A stretch of 64,000 nt of DNA from Mobula hypostoma (lineage: Eukaryota), in contig NC_086102.1 of the NCBI RefSeq assembly GCF_963921235.1, positions 144,584,001 through 144,648,000 on the forward strand, in the 5' to 3' direction. Below are positions 48,618 to 62,361 of the stretch, one piece after another (the stretch's first letter is position 1; the number at the start of each line of letters is the position of its first letter). Made by a program: the position numbers and the translations under genes. The notes beneath the pieces are model-generated. The model was not told where the DNA came from, did no database searches, and worked only from the letters and a program-made list of their open reading frames with translations.

Positions 48618-51440
48618 AACGCACACAAAATGCTGCAGGAACTCATTAGGCCGGGCAGCATCTATGGAAAAAAGCACAGTCAACTTTTCAGACCAAAGCC
48701 CTTTGGCAGGATTGGACAAAAAAAGATCAGGAAGAAATATAAAAGATAGGAGAGCAGAGAGAGAAACAAGGAGATAGGTGAAACCAGGAGAGGGAGGGAT
48801 GATGTAAAGAGCTGGGAAGTTGATTAGTGAAAGGCACATACAGGCTGGAGAAGGGGAAATCTGACAGGAGAGGACAGAAGGCCATGGAAGAAAGAAAGGG
48901 AGAGGAGCACCAGAGGGAGGTGAAGGGCAGGCAAGGAGATAAAGTGAGATATTGGTGAAGGAGGTGTGCGGGTTGGGGGGGGGGTGCATTACCGGAAATT
49001 TGAGAAATCAGGTTGGAGGCTACCCAGACAGAATATAAGGTGTTGTTCCTCCAACCTGAGTGTGGCCTCATCACAATTGTAGAGGAGGCCATGGATTCAC
49101 ATATCGTATCGGAATGGGAATGGGGATAGGAATTAAGGTTGTTGGCCACTGCAAAATTCCACTTTTGGTGGATGGAGCGGAGGTGCTCAACTAAGAGTTC
49201 CTCCAATTTACATCAGGTCTCACCAATGCAGAGGAGACCACTTTGGGAGCACCAGATTTGATAAACAACACCAACACATTTGCAGGTGAAATATTGCCTC
49301 ACCTGGAAGGACTGTTCAGGGCCCTGAATGGAAGTAAGGGAGGAGATGAATGGTCAGGAGCAGAATTTCTGTCACTTGCAGGGATATGTGCCGGGGGGAG
49401 ATTAGTGGGGAGGGTCAAATGGACAAGGGAATCCCTACAGAAAGTCGAGAGTGGGGGGCGGGGGGAGGGCAGGTAAAGATGTTCAATGGTAGAATACCAT
49501 TGAAGATGGCGGAAGTTGTGGAGAATGATGTGTTGGATGCAGATGCTCATAGAGTGATAGGACAAGAAGAACTCTATCCCTGTTAAGGTGGTGGGAAGAT
49601 AGGGTGAGCATGGAGGTCTGGGAAATGTGAGTGAGGGCAGCAGTCATGATGGAGGAGAGGGAACTCCGTTCTTTGAGAATATCTCTGATGCTCTGGAAAG
49701 GAAAGCCTCATCCTGGGAACAGATGCAGTAGAGATGAAGGAACTTGAAAAGGGATTAGCATTCTTTTTCAGGAGACAGGGTGGAAAGAGGTATAGTGAAG
49801 ACAATTGTGGGAATCAGGAAATTTATAAAATATATCGGTAGACATTTTGTCTCCAGAGGTGGAGACAGAGAAATCAAGAAAGGGCGGAGAGGTGTCAGAA
49901 ATGCATCAATTGAATTTAAGAGCAGGGTGGAAGTTGGAGGCAAAACTATTGAAATTGACGAGCTCAGCATGGATGCATGTAGAAACACCAATGCAGTCGT
50001 CAATGTACCTCAGGAAGACCTGGGGAGCATTACCAGGGAAGGCTTGCAACATGGACTGTTCTATGTAGCCAACAAAATGACAGACATAGCTGGGCCTCCA
50101 TGTGTGTACCCATGGCTACCACTTGAATTTGGAGAAAGTGTGAGGGGCTGAAGGAGAAAATGTTGAGGGTGAGGACCAGTTCTGCCAGACTGAGGAGGAT
50201 AGTGGTGGAGGTGAACTGGTTGGGTCTTTTGTTAAGAAAGAAGCAGTGTGCTTTAAGGCCTTCTTGATGGGGGTAGAAGTTTATAGGGACATGGTGAAGA
50301 TGAGGTGGTCAGGGCCGGGGAATTGAAAGTAGTTGATGAGATCAAGGGCACGTGAAGTGTTATGAATGTAGGGGAAAGGGGTTGAACGAAGGGAGATGGT
50401 ATGGAATTGAGGCATGCAGACATGAGTTCAGTGGGGCATGAGCAGCAGAGACAATAGGCTTTCCCAGACAGTCAGATTTGTGGATCTTGTGTAAGAGGTA
50501 GAAATGAGCAGTGTGAGTTAAGGGAACAATGAGTTTGGTGGCAGTGGATGGAGTTCTCTGGAGTTGATGAGGTTAGTGATGGTGGCGGAGACAATTTTCT
50601 GATGGTTCAGAGTGGGGTCCGTTTCAGGGGTAAGTAAGAGGAGGCTTCTGAAAGTTGCCACCTGGCCTCAGCAATGTACAAGTCACTCCACCACACTACA
50701 ACAGCATCCCCTCTGTCTGTGTGTTTGATGGTAAGGTTGGGATTTGCACAGAAAGAGTGGAGGACAGTAAGGTTAGGGGAGGAGAGAGCAGTGCTGAAGC
50801 TGAGCTGGTTGATGTTTTGTCGCTAATTAGAGATGAAAAGATCCAGAGAAGGCAGAGGACCAAAGCTAGGCATCCAAGAAGACAAGGGTTGGATATGGGA
50901 GAAGGGGTCATTGCTGTGGGGTGGACTCAGAGATAGACACGATGGAAGAAGAGCTTAGTATCATCGAGGGAACAGACCTCACTGAGGTGTGGGTGAAGGG
51001 GGGCAATTGTATACCCTTGCTGAGGACAGACATTCCACCTCAGAGAGGGAATAGTGAAAACACATCAGGGTTTAGAAGTGAGATCAGAGGGGGGAAGAGA
51101 GTTGATGGTGTCAGAAAAGGGCAGGGGAGAGGTTTGGGTGTACAGGGAAGGTAGGGTGCAAGGAAGATATCATCTTTGAGGACCCAAGGTGACAGGAGAG
51201 CCTGAGAGACTCGGGGTTCGTGAGTAGTGGTGGGGGAAAGGGGAACCTGGGGGCCCAGCAGCCATGAGGAAGGTTTTGGCCTGAGGGCAGCCGAGTTCTT
51301 GGCTGGAGCTAGAGGCTGTGTAATTCCTGTCTGAAAGCATTCGAGGTTGTTGGAACTGAAATCGGCAGTGGTGGGAACCGTGGACTGGTGCCGCCTAGGG
51401 TTGTTGGAGCCAGAGTTGGTGACAATGGTATCCACAATCT
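48618..51440 (-). mobile_element. Long degenerate Penelope-like element (RT, GIY-YIG, pLTR)
   Basis: LRYIDDC near 50000, GSHG/AMGT region near 50110, LCIGET..KLEELLVEHLRS near 49200, decayed hammerhead near 48676-48712. Confidence 0.85.
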
Positions 51441-51489
51441 GGAGGTGTTATATACATTTATTAATATTTTTGGGCATTATTATAATATA

Positions 51490-53999
51490 CAGTGCTGCTA
51501 AAATGTATTCACCTCCCCCCTTGGAAGTTTTCATGTTTTATTGTTTTACAACACTGGATCAGTGGATTTAATTTGGCTTTTTTGACATTGATCAACAGAA
51601 AAGTCAAAATAAATTTCTACAAATTGGTCTAAATTTATTAGAAATATTAAATGCAAAGTAATTGATTGCACAATTACTCACCTCCTTTAAGTCAGTATTT
51701 AGTAGATGCACCTCTGGCAGAAATTACAGCCTTGAGTATGTGTGGATAGGTCTCTATCAACTTAGTACATCTGGACACTGCAATTTTTCCCCATTCTTCT
51801 TTGCAAAACTCCTCAAGCTTGTCAGATTATATAGGGATTGTGAGTGAACAGCCCTTTTCAAGTCTAGCCACAAATTCTCCATTGGATTGAGGTTGGGACT
51901 CTGATTTGGCCACTCCAGGACATTAACTTTGTTGTTTATAAGCCATTCCTGTGTAAATTTGGCTTTATGCTTGGGGTCATTGCCTTGCTACCAAAAAAAT
52001 TTTCTCCCAAGTGTCAGCTCTCTTGCTTTTCCTCCAGGATTTCCCTGTATTTTGCTGCATTCATTTTACCCTCTAACTTCACAAGCCTTCCACAGTGAAG
52101 CATCTCCACAGCATGATGCTGCCACCCCCATACTTCATGGTAGGGATGGTGTATTTTTGATGATGTGTGTTTTTTGGCTTACGTCAAACATAGCTTTTAG
52201 TCTGATAGCCAAAGAGCTCAACTTTGTTTGCATCAGACCATAGAACCTTCTTCCAGCTGATTGCAGAGTCTCCCACATGCCTTCTGGCAAACTCTAGCCG
52301 AGACTTCATGTGCGTTATTTTCAATGGTGGCCTTCTCTTTGCCATTGTCCCATAAAGCTGCAACTGGTGAAGCACCCAGGTAACAGTTGTTTGTATGTGC
52401 GGTCTCTCCCATCTCAGCCACTGAAGCTTGTAGCTCCTCCAAAGTTGTCATAGGTCTCTTGGTGGCCTCCCTCACTAGTCCCCTTCTTGCACAGTCACTC
52501 AGTTTTTGAGGACAGCCTGCTCTAGGCAGATTTACTGCTGTGTCATATTCTTTTTCAATGTAACCAGGTGACCGTCGAATCTTATTCATTATTGTTAGAA
52601 GTGTACTTAGGCATCCATCCGGGTAATGCTAGAATAATTATCTGTGCCTTTAGGTGGAGACGGTGATGTCATTACGCACGCGGGATAGTGGGGAGACTAT
52701 TTTTGTTTTCTGCAGAAGAAGCTGGTGGGGCTTTGGGATTAAGTTCCTCCCAGAGATACTGGGCATGGTGAGGAAAGGTGAGTGTTAATTGACAATATCC
52801 ATGTGAATTTGTTTATGCTTGTTGGCGAATCAAGAATATCGGTAATTTGACATGTTTTACATGTGGATGCTTTAGATTTTCACGAGTGAAGGCATCGGCG
52901 CTGGACAGTGTGGCTTGTGCAAAGTTCCTTACCGGCCAAGTAGGTCAGTCTGCCTGTAATTTAACTAGTTACCAGGCAATATCTTGTAAAAGTTGTGCCA
53001 AAGTGTACCTTTTGTCTAACTTTATTGTATCATGACTGATTGTGAACGTAACAGCAAACGTGAATGTTTGGTCTCTGTTTGGAAGTTAAGCACCTGTGTA
53101 CTAAAAGGGAGTAGACATCTTAGGTGAGATGTATTCGTTTACATTTTCGTTGCTATGTATAAGGTACAGGGTTGGTGGGATTCTAATGTTGTTTGTATTG
53201 TGTTCCTTCAGAATTGCCACTACCGTATTAGTTCTGTATTAGTTTTGTGCGGTTTGCTTATGTATTTTTCTACTGCATATGCAAGTCGTCGATACACAAG
53301 GGTGTGGGTCGAAAGTTAAACTGAGATTGTAATGGCAGGAACTGGTTGTAAATTCGTCCGTTTTATTTTGAGACCCTCTTCCAGTACTAAAACATCTAAA
53401 ACAGATAAAGGAATTAAAACCCGAAAAAGTATTTGTTGTCCTCAGTGTGTACTTTTCCCCAGGCTACATCTATTTCTTGATTATTGACTTAACTATACTC
53501 CAAGTGATATTCAGCAACTTGAAAATTTTCTTGTATCCATCTCCTAACTTGTGTTTTTCAATAACCTGTTCGTAGAGTTGCTTGGAGTGTTCTTTCGTCT
53601 TCATGGTGTAGTTTTTGCCACAATACCGACTCACCTGCAGTTGGACCTTCCAGATACAGGTGTACTTTTACTACAATCAATTGAAACACCTGGACTGCAC
53701 ACAGTGATCTCTATTTGACTAATTATGTGACTTATAAAACCAATTGGCTGCAGCAGTGATGATTTGGTGTGTCATATTAAAGGGGGTGAATACTTATGCA
53801 ATCAATTATTTTGTGTTTTATATTTGTAATCAATTTAGATCACTTCATAGAGATCTGTTTTCATTTTGACATGGAAGTGTCCTTTTCTGTTGATCAGTGT
53901 CAAGAAAAGCCAAATTAAATCCATTGTGGTTCCATGTTGTAAAACAATAAAAATTGAAAAGTTCCAAGGGGGTGGGGTGAATACTTTTAATAGCCACTA
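51490..53999 (-). mobile_element. Tc1-like transposon with IR-DR ends; transposase pseudogene 53604 to 51692, split by a solo LTR
   Basis: TA at 51488-51489 and 54000-54001; ~210-bp TIRs with inner and outer direct repeats; MKTKEHSKQL, LPRAGCPQKLS, WKKVLWSD, TKY*. Confidence 0.9.
52559..53468 (+). mobile_element. Solo LTR (family B, copy 2), 910 bp, inside the Tc1 transposase
   Basis: TGTAACC...GGCTACA; TSD tcaa/tcta (one mismatch); colinear with 15441-16319. Confidence 0.9.
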
Positions 54000-54084
54000 T
54001 AGGTATATGTTTGTCATACATGTGTGTGTGTACATATATCTTACTTTCAATGTAGATAAATCACATCTTCTTTATTATATTGTC

Positions 54085-54086
<2 letters not shown>

Positions 54087-54116
<30 letters not shown>
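54087..54116 (+). repeat. (TG)n microsatellite
   Basis: Seen directly in the sequence. Confidence 0.95.
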
Positions 54117-54149
54117 ATCTTTGTATCTCCTAATTTGCCAACTCTTCAC

Positions 54150-55440
54150 AACGTTAAGAAACCTAACTACAGTAAACCCAGTTCCTTTATCCAAGTCATT
54201 AACATGTTCTGTAAGTAATGGACATGTCAGCACTGATCCATATGGCACCCCACTAGTTCCTGACGAACTGACGATTAATGAGCCATTGAACCTGACAGTG
54301 CTCTTTTTATTAAGCTTGATCCCTATCCATTCCGATATATCAAGCCTAACTCAGTGCACTCCTATGCAGTAATGTTTTATGTGACTCCTTTTCAAAGGTC
54401 TTCTGGAAATCCAGGATCACTATACCTAATAGGGTTCTGCTTTGTCCATCCCGTTTGATACATCCTCAAAGTACTCTAGCAAACTTGTCAATCACAATTT
54501 CCTTTTTGTAAACTACGTTGACTCTGTTTGACAGTGTTATGACAGTAAGACAGTTATCGCAAATGACTGTAATTCTAAATGACTTTCTTCTACCTTTTCA
54601 ATAATGTAGGATAGTCATTACAAATGACTGTAACTTGTAATGTCCTGCTTTTAGCTCTTTAATATTGGATTCCACCAATTTCCCAATGACAAGCACTGGG
54701 CAAGTTGATTTATAGCTTCCAGCGTTTTATTTTCTCACCTTCACAAGTAATAGCATTATGTTTTCTAAACATCTGATATCACTTCAAAATCAATGGAATC
54801 TATTCACTATGCAGCCTTTAAGATCCTAGATTGCAGACTGGTCAGATCCTTGAGCTGCCAGCCTCAAAACTTTGTGTTTTAAGTTTCTCCCTAATTCCTT
54901 GATTATGCATTATTACTTGGTTGTATTTCGTGTCTCCTAATGTGAAGGTTAACTTGGAATAACAATTTAGAATTTTTGCCATTTCCCAAATTTTAATTAT
55001 CAATTTCCCAGTTTCAATCGCTTAAGGACAAAGATTTACTTTTAGCCACACTTACATTATGCTGTTATATTCTATGCTAATTTACACTTATACTCTCCCC
55101 TCTCCATATAACATTTAGCAAGCATTTGCTGGTTACTAAAAATTTCCCAACCCTTTGGACTACAACTGATCTTCATATTGCTGTATGCCTATTATTTAAT
55201 TTTGATTCATCTTTAACTTCTCTAGTTAGCTGTCCTCTTCACTGAGCCTTTCTTTTTCATTGAAAAATACCTTTGCCGACACTTTGTGATGTATTTCCTT
55301 AAATGTCTGCCACTACTAACATAAAATCTCATCCTTTAATTTATTTTCAAAATCCACTCCAGTTAATTTGATTCTCTTACCATTGTAATTATCTTCGTTT
55401 AAGTTTAGGGCACCAGTTTTCAGCCCAAGCTTTCAACTTC
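54150..55440 (-). mobile_element. Highly degenerate CR1 ORF2 fragment
   Basis: cagcactgatccatatggcaccccactagt and tcaaaggtcttctggaaatccagg match 18786-18816 and 18959-18982. Confidence 0.7.
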
Positions 55441-55549
55441 AAGCTGGCTGGTTTATCTCAGAGATTTGTTCATTATTAAATATGTAATTAACTTGAAATT
55501 CTCACCCTGAACTTTGAACAGAAATTTCTCCTACTCAGATAGAAGTAAC

Positions 55550-55972
55550 AGTGAACAATTATATTCCAACAGTCCTGATTGAAAAGCTACAGAATCTAGG
55601 CCTCTGTATCACCTTCTGCAACTGGATCCTTGCTCTCCTAACTGGAAGACCACAATCTGTGTGGATTGGTAGTAACATCTCCATCTCATTGACAATCAAC
55701 ATTAGCGCGCCTCAGATGTGTGTTTCAACCACTGCTCTACTCTCTACATCCATGATTGTGTGGCTAGGCATAGCTCAAATGCCATCTGTAATGTTGCTGA
55801 TGATACAACCATTCTTGGTAAAATCTCAGATGGTGACGAAAGGGTGTACAGGAGTGAAATATACCATTTAGTTGAGTGGTGTTGCAGCAACAACCTGGCC
55901 CTCAACGTCAGCAAGACCAAAGAACTGACTGTGGACTTCAGAAAGAGAAAGATGAGGAAACACAAACCTCAT
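55550..55972 (+). mobile_element. Degenerate Rex1 RT fragment
   Basis: [29 protein letters not shown]. Confidence 0.8.
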
Positions 55973-56109
55973 TCAGACAAACAAATTTTCCTAGATCATT
56001 TTCACAAATTTGTATTATGTACAGTACAACATTTCTATGTCAACTTAGCAGTGTGCTAAACAACAATTATTTCAACATCTTAATGCTGTAATTTCACATC
56101 CAAACTGTC

Positions 56110-56500
56110 AGGGGTGGTTCTGTGATAACACTCTCAGCTCTTGAGTTGTGGGTCCCAATACACTTTCAATGGCTTGACCATAAAATTCTCAATGACACAA
56201 TAATGCAACACTGAAGGAATTATTAACCGAGGCTCTGACTGGTTTTCTCAGATAGCCATGAAAATTTCATGGCATTATTTTGAAGAAAAGTAATAATTCA
56301 TTCCTTCCAAATGTTTATCTTTCATGTGACACCATTGAATAAAGTAGGTGATGCAGTCAGTATCATCTGCTATCCGTGAGATTTAGCTGTAGTCAAATCA
56401 GCTTTAAGCACTAAATTAGCAATTACACTTCATAAGTACTTCGTTGGTTATAACGTGCTTTGGGATGCCCTAAGGATGTGGTATAAATGCAAGCACTTCT
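56110..56500 (+). mobile_element. Old DeuSINE (SacSINE1/AmnSINE-like)
   Basis: ttaaccgaggctctgact, catggcattattttgaagaa, tacacttcataagtacttcgttggttataacgtgctttggga, tataaatgcaag tail. Confidence 0.7.
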
Positions 56501-57359
56501 TCGGTTTATTGTCAAGAGAAGTGATTTTGCCAGAGTCAGAATCTCTATAATACAAACAAAAAAAGTGTATCTTTCCAGAATACAGCAAATGCAGTATATT
56601 CTAAAAAAATTTAATATCTCACTATCACTATACTTTGACTTCACCTAAAGCCTCATGTCATTTGGGATTTGAATGGTTCTGGCTACGATGATGCAGGCTG
56701 GTCTCCTAGATTAACTCTAGTTAGCAGTGGATAATGGCAGTGAATATGCACCTTGGCTGGCTTGGGTCAATCAGATAATTACTACGAGAACAAACACAGT
56801 CCGTATTAATATGGAATGTATTGTCAAGCAAGGAGGCACAAGGTAATGAGTAGCTCAGAATGAAGCTTAATAAAAGAAGCCAAAAATCTGTCACAAGAAC
56901 AATGCCTAATGAATAATTAAGTCTTGTGACAGCATAAAAATCCTGATATTAGAGTATGCAGTTTGGAAGGCTGCTAATTACAGGAAATGTTGCATGATGA
57001 AAACACCATTGAAATTATCCATTCTGTTTTCAATAGCTCTTTTCAATAATGGACAATAAGAGAAGTTACAAGTAAGAGGAACAGTTTTGCAGGTATCTTT
57101 CTGATTGGTCACTCAGGTGTGACACACCTTCACTTGCACTGGACTATTCTCATGCAGATGTGGATTCATTTCCACTAATAAATTGCTAAAACCTTCTTGC
57201 TCATAAATTATTGAATGGTGGGTTTTGATAACCTTAGTGAAAGTCAAAATCAGAATTGGGTTTAGCATCACTGGCGTATGTCATGAAATTTGTCATTTTA
57301 CGGCAACAGTAGTGTGCAATACATGATAATAAAAACAGTATAAGTTACAACAAAATATA

Positions 57360-58975
57360 GCCATATCCCAACACACTGGACCACTGCTATACTAAGATAA
57401 GAAACACAAACCCTTCCACGCCCAGACCGCATTTCGGTAAATAGGATCACTTGCCTGTCCTTCTCCTACCTGCATCCAGGCAGAGGCTAAAGAGCAAAGC
57501 TCCAGAGATCAAGACAACAAAGAGGTGGTCGTGGGAGGCATTGGAGTGGCAACAGGATTGCTTTGAGTCAGTGGACTGGGCCATGTCCAAGGACTCCTCT
57601 GTGGATCTGAATGAATGCATCACGGTCGTCACGGATTTATTAAAACAGTTGTAGATGAGTGTGTCCCTACAAAATCATTCAGAGTCTTCCCCAACCAGAA
57701 GTCCTGGATGAACCATGAAATCCGCGATCTGCTGAGGGCCAGATCAGAGGCATTCAGGTCTGGTGACCAAGAGAGTGATGAAAGGGCCAGGTACAATCTC
57801 CAGAAAGCCATCTCGTGGCTGAAGCAGCAATCCCAGACTAAACGAATCAATAAAGGATGCTCAACGTTTGTGGTAGGGCTTGAATACTATCAGTTCTTAC
57901 AAAGTAAAACCAAGTGACATAGGCAACAACAGAGCTTTGCTTTCAGATGTGCTCAATGCCTTCTGTGCTTGCTCTGACCATCAAAACGTGGAGAAAACAT
58001 CATGAACTCTTGAGATTTCAGTATCTGAGCCCAACATGCTATCAGCCTTCAGCAGGGTGAACCCACGGTAAGCATCCGGCTCAGAGGAGGGACCTGACCA
58101 AGCACGAAAGACCTGTGGTCAACTGGCTGGAGTGTTCACTGAGATCTTTAACTGCTCGTCTTGGCATTCATCTGCTTCAAGCAGACTTCCCTTCCCTAAG
58201 AAGAACGTGGTAACCTGCCTCAACAGCTATCATCCTTAGCACTTACATGATGAAGTAATGAAGTCATCTGAAAGTTTGGTAATGAAACATATCAAGTCCT
58301 GCCAGAGAAGCAAGTTGGATCTGCTCCAATTTGCCAACCACAGCAACAGGTCCACAGCAGATACTCTTTACTTAACCCTGGAAAATTTGTGCAGCAAAGA
58401 TGCATAATTAGGATGCACTTTATGAACTAAAGCTTGTCATTCAATATCATAATCCCCTCAAAACTAATCAATATGCCTCAAAACCTTGGCCTCAATACTT
58501 GTTTGTGCAATTGGATCCTCCATTTCCTTACTTGCAGACCCTAGTTCGGATTGGCAACAACATCTCCTCCACAATCTCCATCAGCACAAGTGCACCACAA
58601 GGCTGTGTGCTTAGCCCTTGCTCTACTCACTTTACATTTATGGCTGTGTAGCTAAGCACATCCCCAATGCCATATTCAAGCTGGCTGACGACACCACTGT
58701 CATAGGCTGAAATAAAGGCTGTGACAAATCAGCATATAGGAGGGAGACAGAAGATCTGGCTGAGTGGTGCCACAACAACAACCTCTCGCTCAATGTCAGC
58801 AAGACTAAAGTGCTGATTATTGATTTCAGGAGGAGGAAACCAGTGGTCCATGAGCCAGTCCTCGTGGAGGATCAGAAGTGGACAGAGCCAGCAACTTTAA
58901 ATTCCTCAGTGCTATCATTTCGGAGGACCTGTCCTGCGCCAGCACATAAGTGCAATTATGAAGAAAGCACAGCAA
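57360..58975 (+). mobile_element. Degenerate Rex1 LINE (endonuclease end to RT)
   Basis: [44 protein letters not shown]. Confidence 0.85.
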
Positions 58976-60905
58976 CTTTCCCTTCTTGAGGTCCACAATC
59001 AATTCTTTAGTCTTACTGAGTTGTGTACAAGGTTATTGTTATGACACCCCTCAACTATCTCACTCCAGTATGTCTCTTTGTCACTATTTGAAATTCTACC
59101 AAGTTTGTCTCATCGGTAAACTTATAGATGGGTCTAGCCACACAGTTAGAGTGTAGAGAAAGTGGAGTAGTCCCTAAGCACACACCCTTGTAGTACGCTA
59201 GAGATGTTATTACCAATCTTCCCTGATTGTGGTCTCCCAGTGAAGAAGTCAAGGATCCACTTGCAGAGAAAGGCACATAGGCCCAGATTTTGGGGCTTTT
59301 TGATTAGAACTGAGGGTATGATGGTGTTGAACTCTGAGCTGCAGTCAATAAACAGCAGCCTGACATAAGTATTGCTATTATCCAGTTGAACAAAGGCCGA
59401 GTGGAGAGCCAGTAGAATTGCATCCACTGTCCACCTGTTGTGGTGACAGGTAAATTGCAGAGGGTCCTGGTCCTTAATTAGACAGGAGTTGATTCTGGCT
59501 ATGACCAGCCTCTCAAAGCAGTTCACTTCATCACAGTGGATGTGAATGCAACTGGGTGACAGTCATTGAGACAACACACCCTGCTCTTCTTGGACAGTGG
59601 TATAAGAACACAAGAACATAAGAAATAGGAGCAGGAGTAGGCCATCCAGCCCATCGAGCCTGCTCCGCCATTCAATAAGATCATGGCTGATTAGTCTGTA
59701 AACACAGTTCCATCTTCCTGTCTTTTCCCCGTAACCCTTAATTCCCCTACTATGTGAAAATCTATCTAACTGTATCTTAAACATATTTAGTGAAGAAGCC
59801 TCAACTGCTTTCCTGGGCAGAGAATTCCACAGATACACCACTCTCTGGGAAAAACAGTTTCTCCTCATCTCCATCCTAAATCTTCTCCCCTGAATCTTGA
59901 GGCAATGTCCCCTAGTTCTAGTCTCCCCTATAACTTTCCTACTTCTATCTTATCTATCCCTTTCAAAATTTTGTATGTTTCTATAAGATCCCCTCTCATT
60001 CTTCTGAATTCCAGAGAGTATAGTCCCAATCTCTCCTCATAGGTTAACCCCTTCATCTCTGGAATCAACCTGGTGTACCTCCTCTGCATGCCTCCAAAGC
60101 CAGTATATCCTTCCTCAAGTACGGAGACCAGAAATGCACAGAGTATGCCAGGTGCGGCCTCAGCAGTACCCTGTATAGTTGCAGCATGACCTCCCTGCTC
60201 TTGAATTCAATCCCTCTAGCAATGAAGGCCAGCATTCCGTCTGCCTTCTTAATAACCTGTTGTACCTGCAAACCAAGGTATAATTGGTGCCCTTTTGAAG
60301 CACGTAGGAGCCTCTGACTGCAGGAATGAGAGATTGAGGACGCCCTTAAACACTCCCGCTAGTTGATTAGCACAGGTTTTCAGTGTGCTACCAGGTATTC
60401 TATCTGGGCCTGATGCCTTGTGAGGGTTTACCCTCTTGAAAGATGTTCTGACGTCAGCCTCCGAGACGGAGATCACAGCATCACCAGATTCTGCAGCGGT
60501 CCACATGGGTATAATGTTATTCTTCCTGTCAAAGCTTGCAGAAAAGGCATTCAGCTTATCTGGGAGTGAAGCATCACATCCATTCATGATGTTAGGTTTC
60601 ACTTTGTAGGAAGTAATGGCCTGCAAACCCTGCCAGAGCTGATGTGCATCCAATTCTGTCTCTAATCTCAATTGGAATTGTTTCTTCACTCTTTAAATAG
60701 CCTTCTGTAGGTCATACCTGGACTTCTTGTGTAGTTCTGGAAACAGGTCTTGAATGCCACTAATCTAAACCTCAGCAGACTGCGAATCTCCTGATACCTC
60801 GACAGCTTTTGGCTTGGGTATGTCTGGCACGATCTCAAAGGCACACACTCATCCTCACAGGTCTTGATGAAGTCAGTGACAACTGAGCCATGTTCATTCA
60901 GGTTT
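58976..60905 (-). mobile_element. Second degenerate Rex1 LINE in inverted orientation, interrupted by CR1
   Basis: KASGPDRIPG, CFERLV, DPLQF, LLFIDCSSEFNT. Confidence 0.85.
59606..60276 (-). mobile_element. CR1 3' fragment nested in Rex1
   Basis: 7-bp TSD ggtataa at 59599-59605 and 60277-60283; removal restores RAPIIPLSK; gaacataagaa tail. Confidence 0.9.
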
Positions 60906-61809
60906 GAGTATATATTTCTGACAATCTACTAGCCAGGGTTGAACAAAGGCTAGATCATGATATCAGACCACTGGAGAGAGCTAGCAGGTGAGTCACCCAG
61001 GCAGAACTATGCAGAACTATCATTGCTAGAGTGTTAGGCTTTCAAATTGAAACCAAAAGGGCAATAATAATATTAATATGGCATTATATTTTCAACAGTT
61101 GTAAATTATTAATATGTAGATTAATACTTTGAATTGATGGGGTTAATTTTTGGAAAGCCTCATCATGCAAGTAGGACTGTGTGTGATTTTAATCTTACTG
61201 TTGGCTCAGGGCTGCATAATATTTACCCTTGTTAATTAATCAAAATTGTTATTTTGCAATCAATGTGTAAACATCAAACTGTAAGTTTTAAACATCAATC
61301 TAAGTGACAAATTGCATGTTATATAAATTGCCGGCAAAACCTTGTTGCATTTTCATCATTCCTCTTCAAGAGGTGCTGATGCACTAATTAGACATTGGAC
61401 ATCAATAGCTTTCAGTTTCCTTAGCCATTAATTTCTACAACCGTAATAATACATGGCCATTAAAAATCAGCTTTGATTTCCTGTTATTACTTTGCGATAG
61501 ATGTCTTCTTGCTTGATTTTCTCCTCAGTTATTTACCCACAGCTACCAACCAACTTAATAATATGGCAATAGATAATGTGCAACGATGAGAACCCTGAAT
61601 ATTTTATGCCCCAGACAACGAAAATGAAGCACTTATGATGCTCCCACTCCTACCACTTTGGAAGATCTTGAAAGTTCTCAGAGCACATAGTCCGTGTTAC
61701 ACACAGCACAACTTCCATCTGCACCCCTTTCCTGACTTCCAGATTGCTGAGGGGCAGTGAGAGATGCCCTCGCATCCGGGCCAGGTAAGATAGAAGGCCT
61801 GACAAATAG

Positions 61810-62038
61810 ATCAGGCCCTATCAGGATCAAAATATTTATCTCTCTAACAAGACACTAACATAGACTCTCTGCTCCCTGTCATATTGCTGTTTGTGGGACC
61901 TTAATGTGTGCAGATTATTTGCTGTATTTCTTGGATTATGATAGTGATCATACTTCAAAAATACCTCATCAGCTATAAAACATTTTGGAACACTGCGATG
62001 TCACAGAATGTGCTATGCTAATGGAAGTTCCTTCTTTG
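61810..62038 (+). mobile_element. Old DeuSINE 3' half
   Basis: catattgctgtttgtgggacc...tacttcaaaaatacctcatcagctataaaacattttgg...taatggaagtt. Confidence 0.7.
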
Positions 62039-62361
62039 CATTTTGAAAGCAGACCATCTTGTGGAGAAATACATGTGTCTATTGACACAGAATGACTCCA
62101 TAAAAGACTATACTGGAGTTATGTTATACACGGATCAAATTCCTGCATGAAGCCATTAAGTGTCACCGTGTGTGTGCAGGAATTAAATAATGGATCACTG
62201 TTAGCAAAGGAAAGCTATAATACTTGCAATTAGCAAAACCTAGAATAATTAATCTTCTAAATGCTCTCATCTTGTCTCTGTGAGCACTTTACGTTGCTAA
62301 TACAAAAGCGAATAACCTTTCTAGTCCGAAAGGATTTCTTGAAAATTATTTATAGGAGATA

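Noticed and set aside
15441-53468. The two family-B LTRs as ends of one giant 38-kb LTR element
   Set aside because: Each LTR has its own TSD and interrupts a different host ORF, so they are independent solo LTRs.
56688-56772. Third copy of the exon-like duplication
   Set aside because: Only short matches (gatgc.ggctggt, taatggca.tga) and a stop in the homologous frame; kept only as a caveat.
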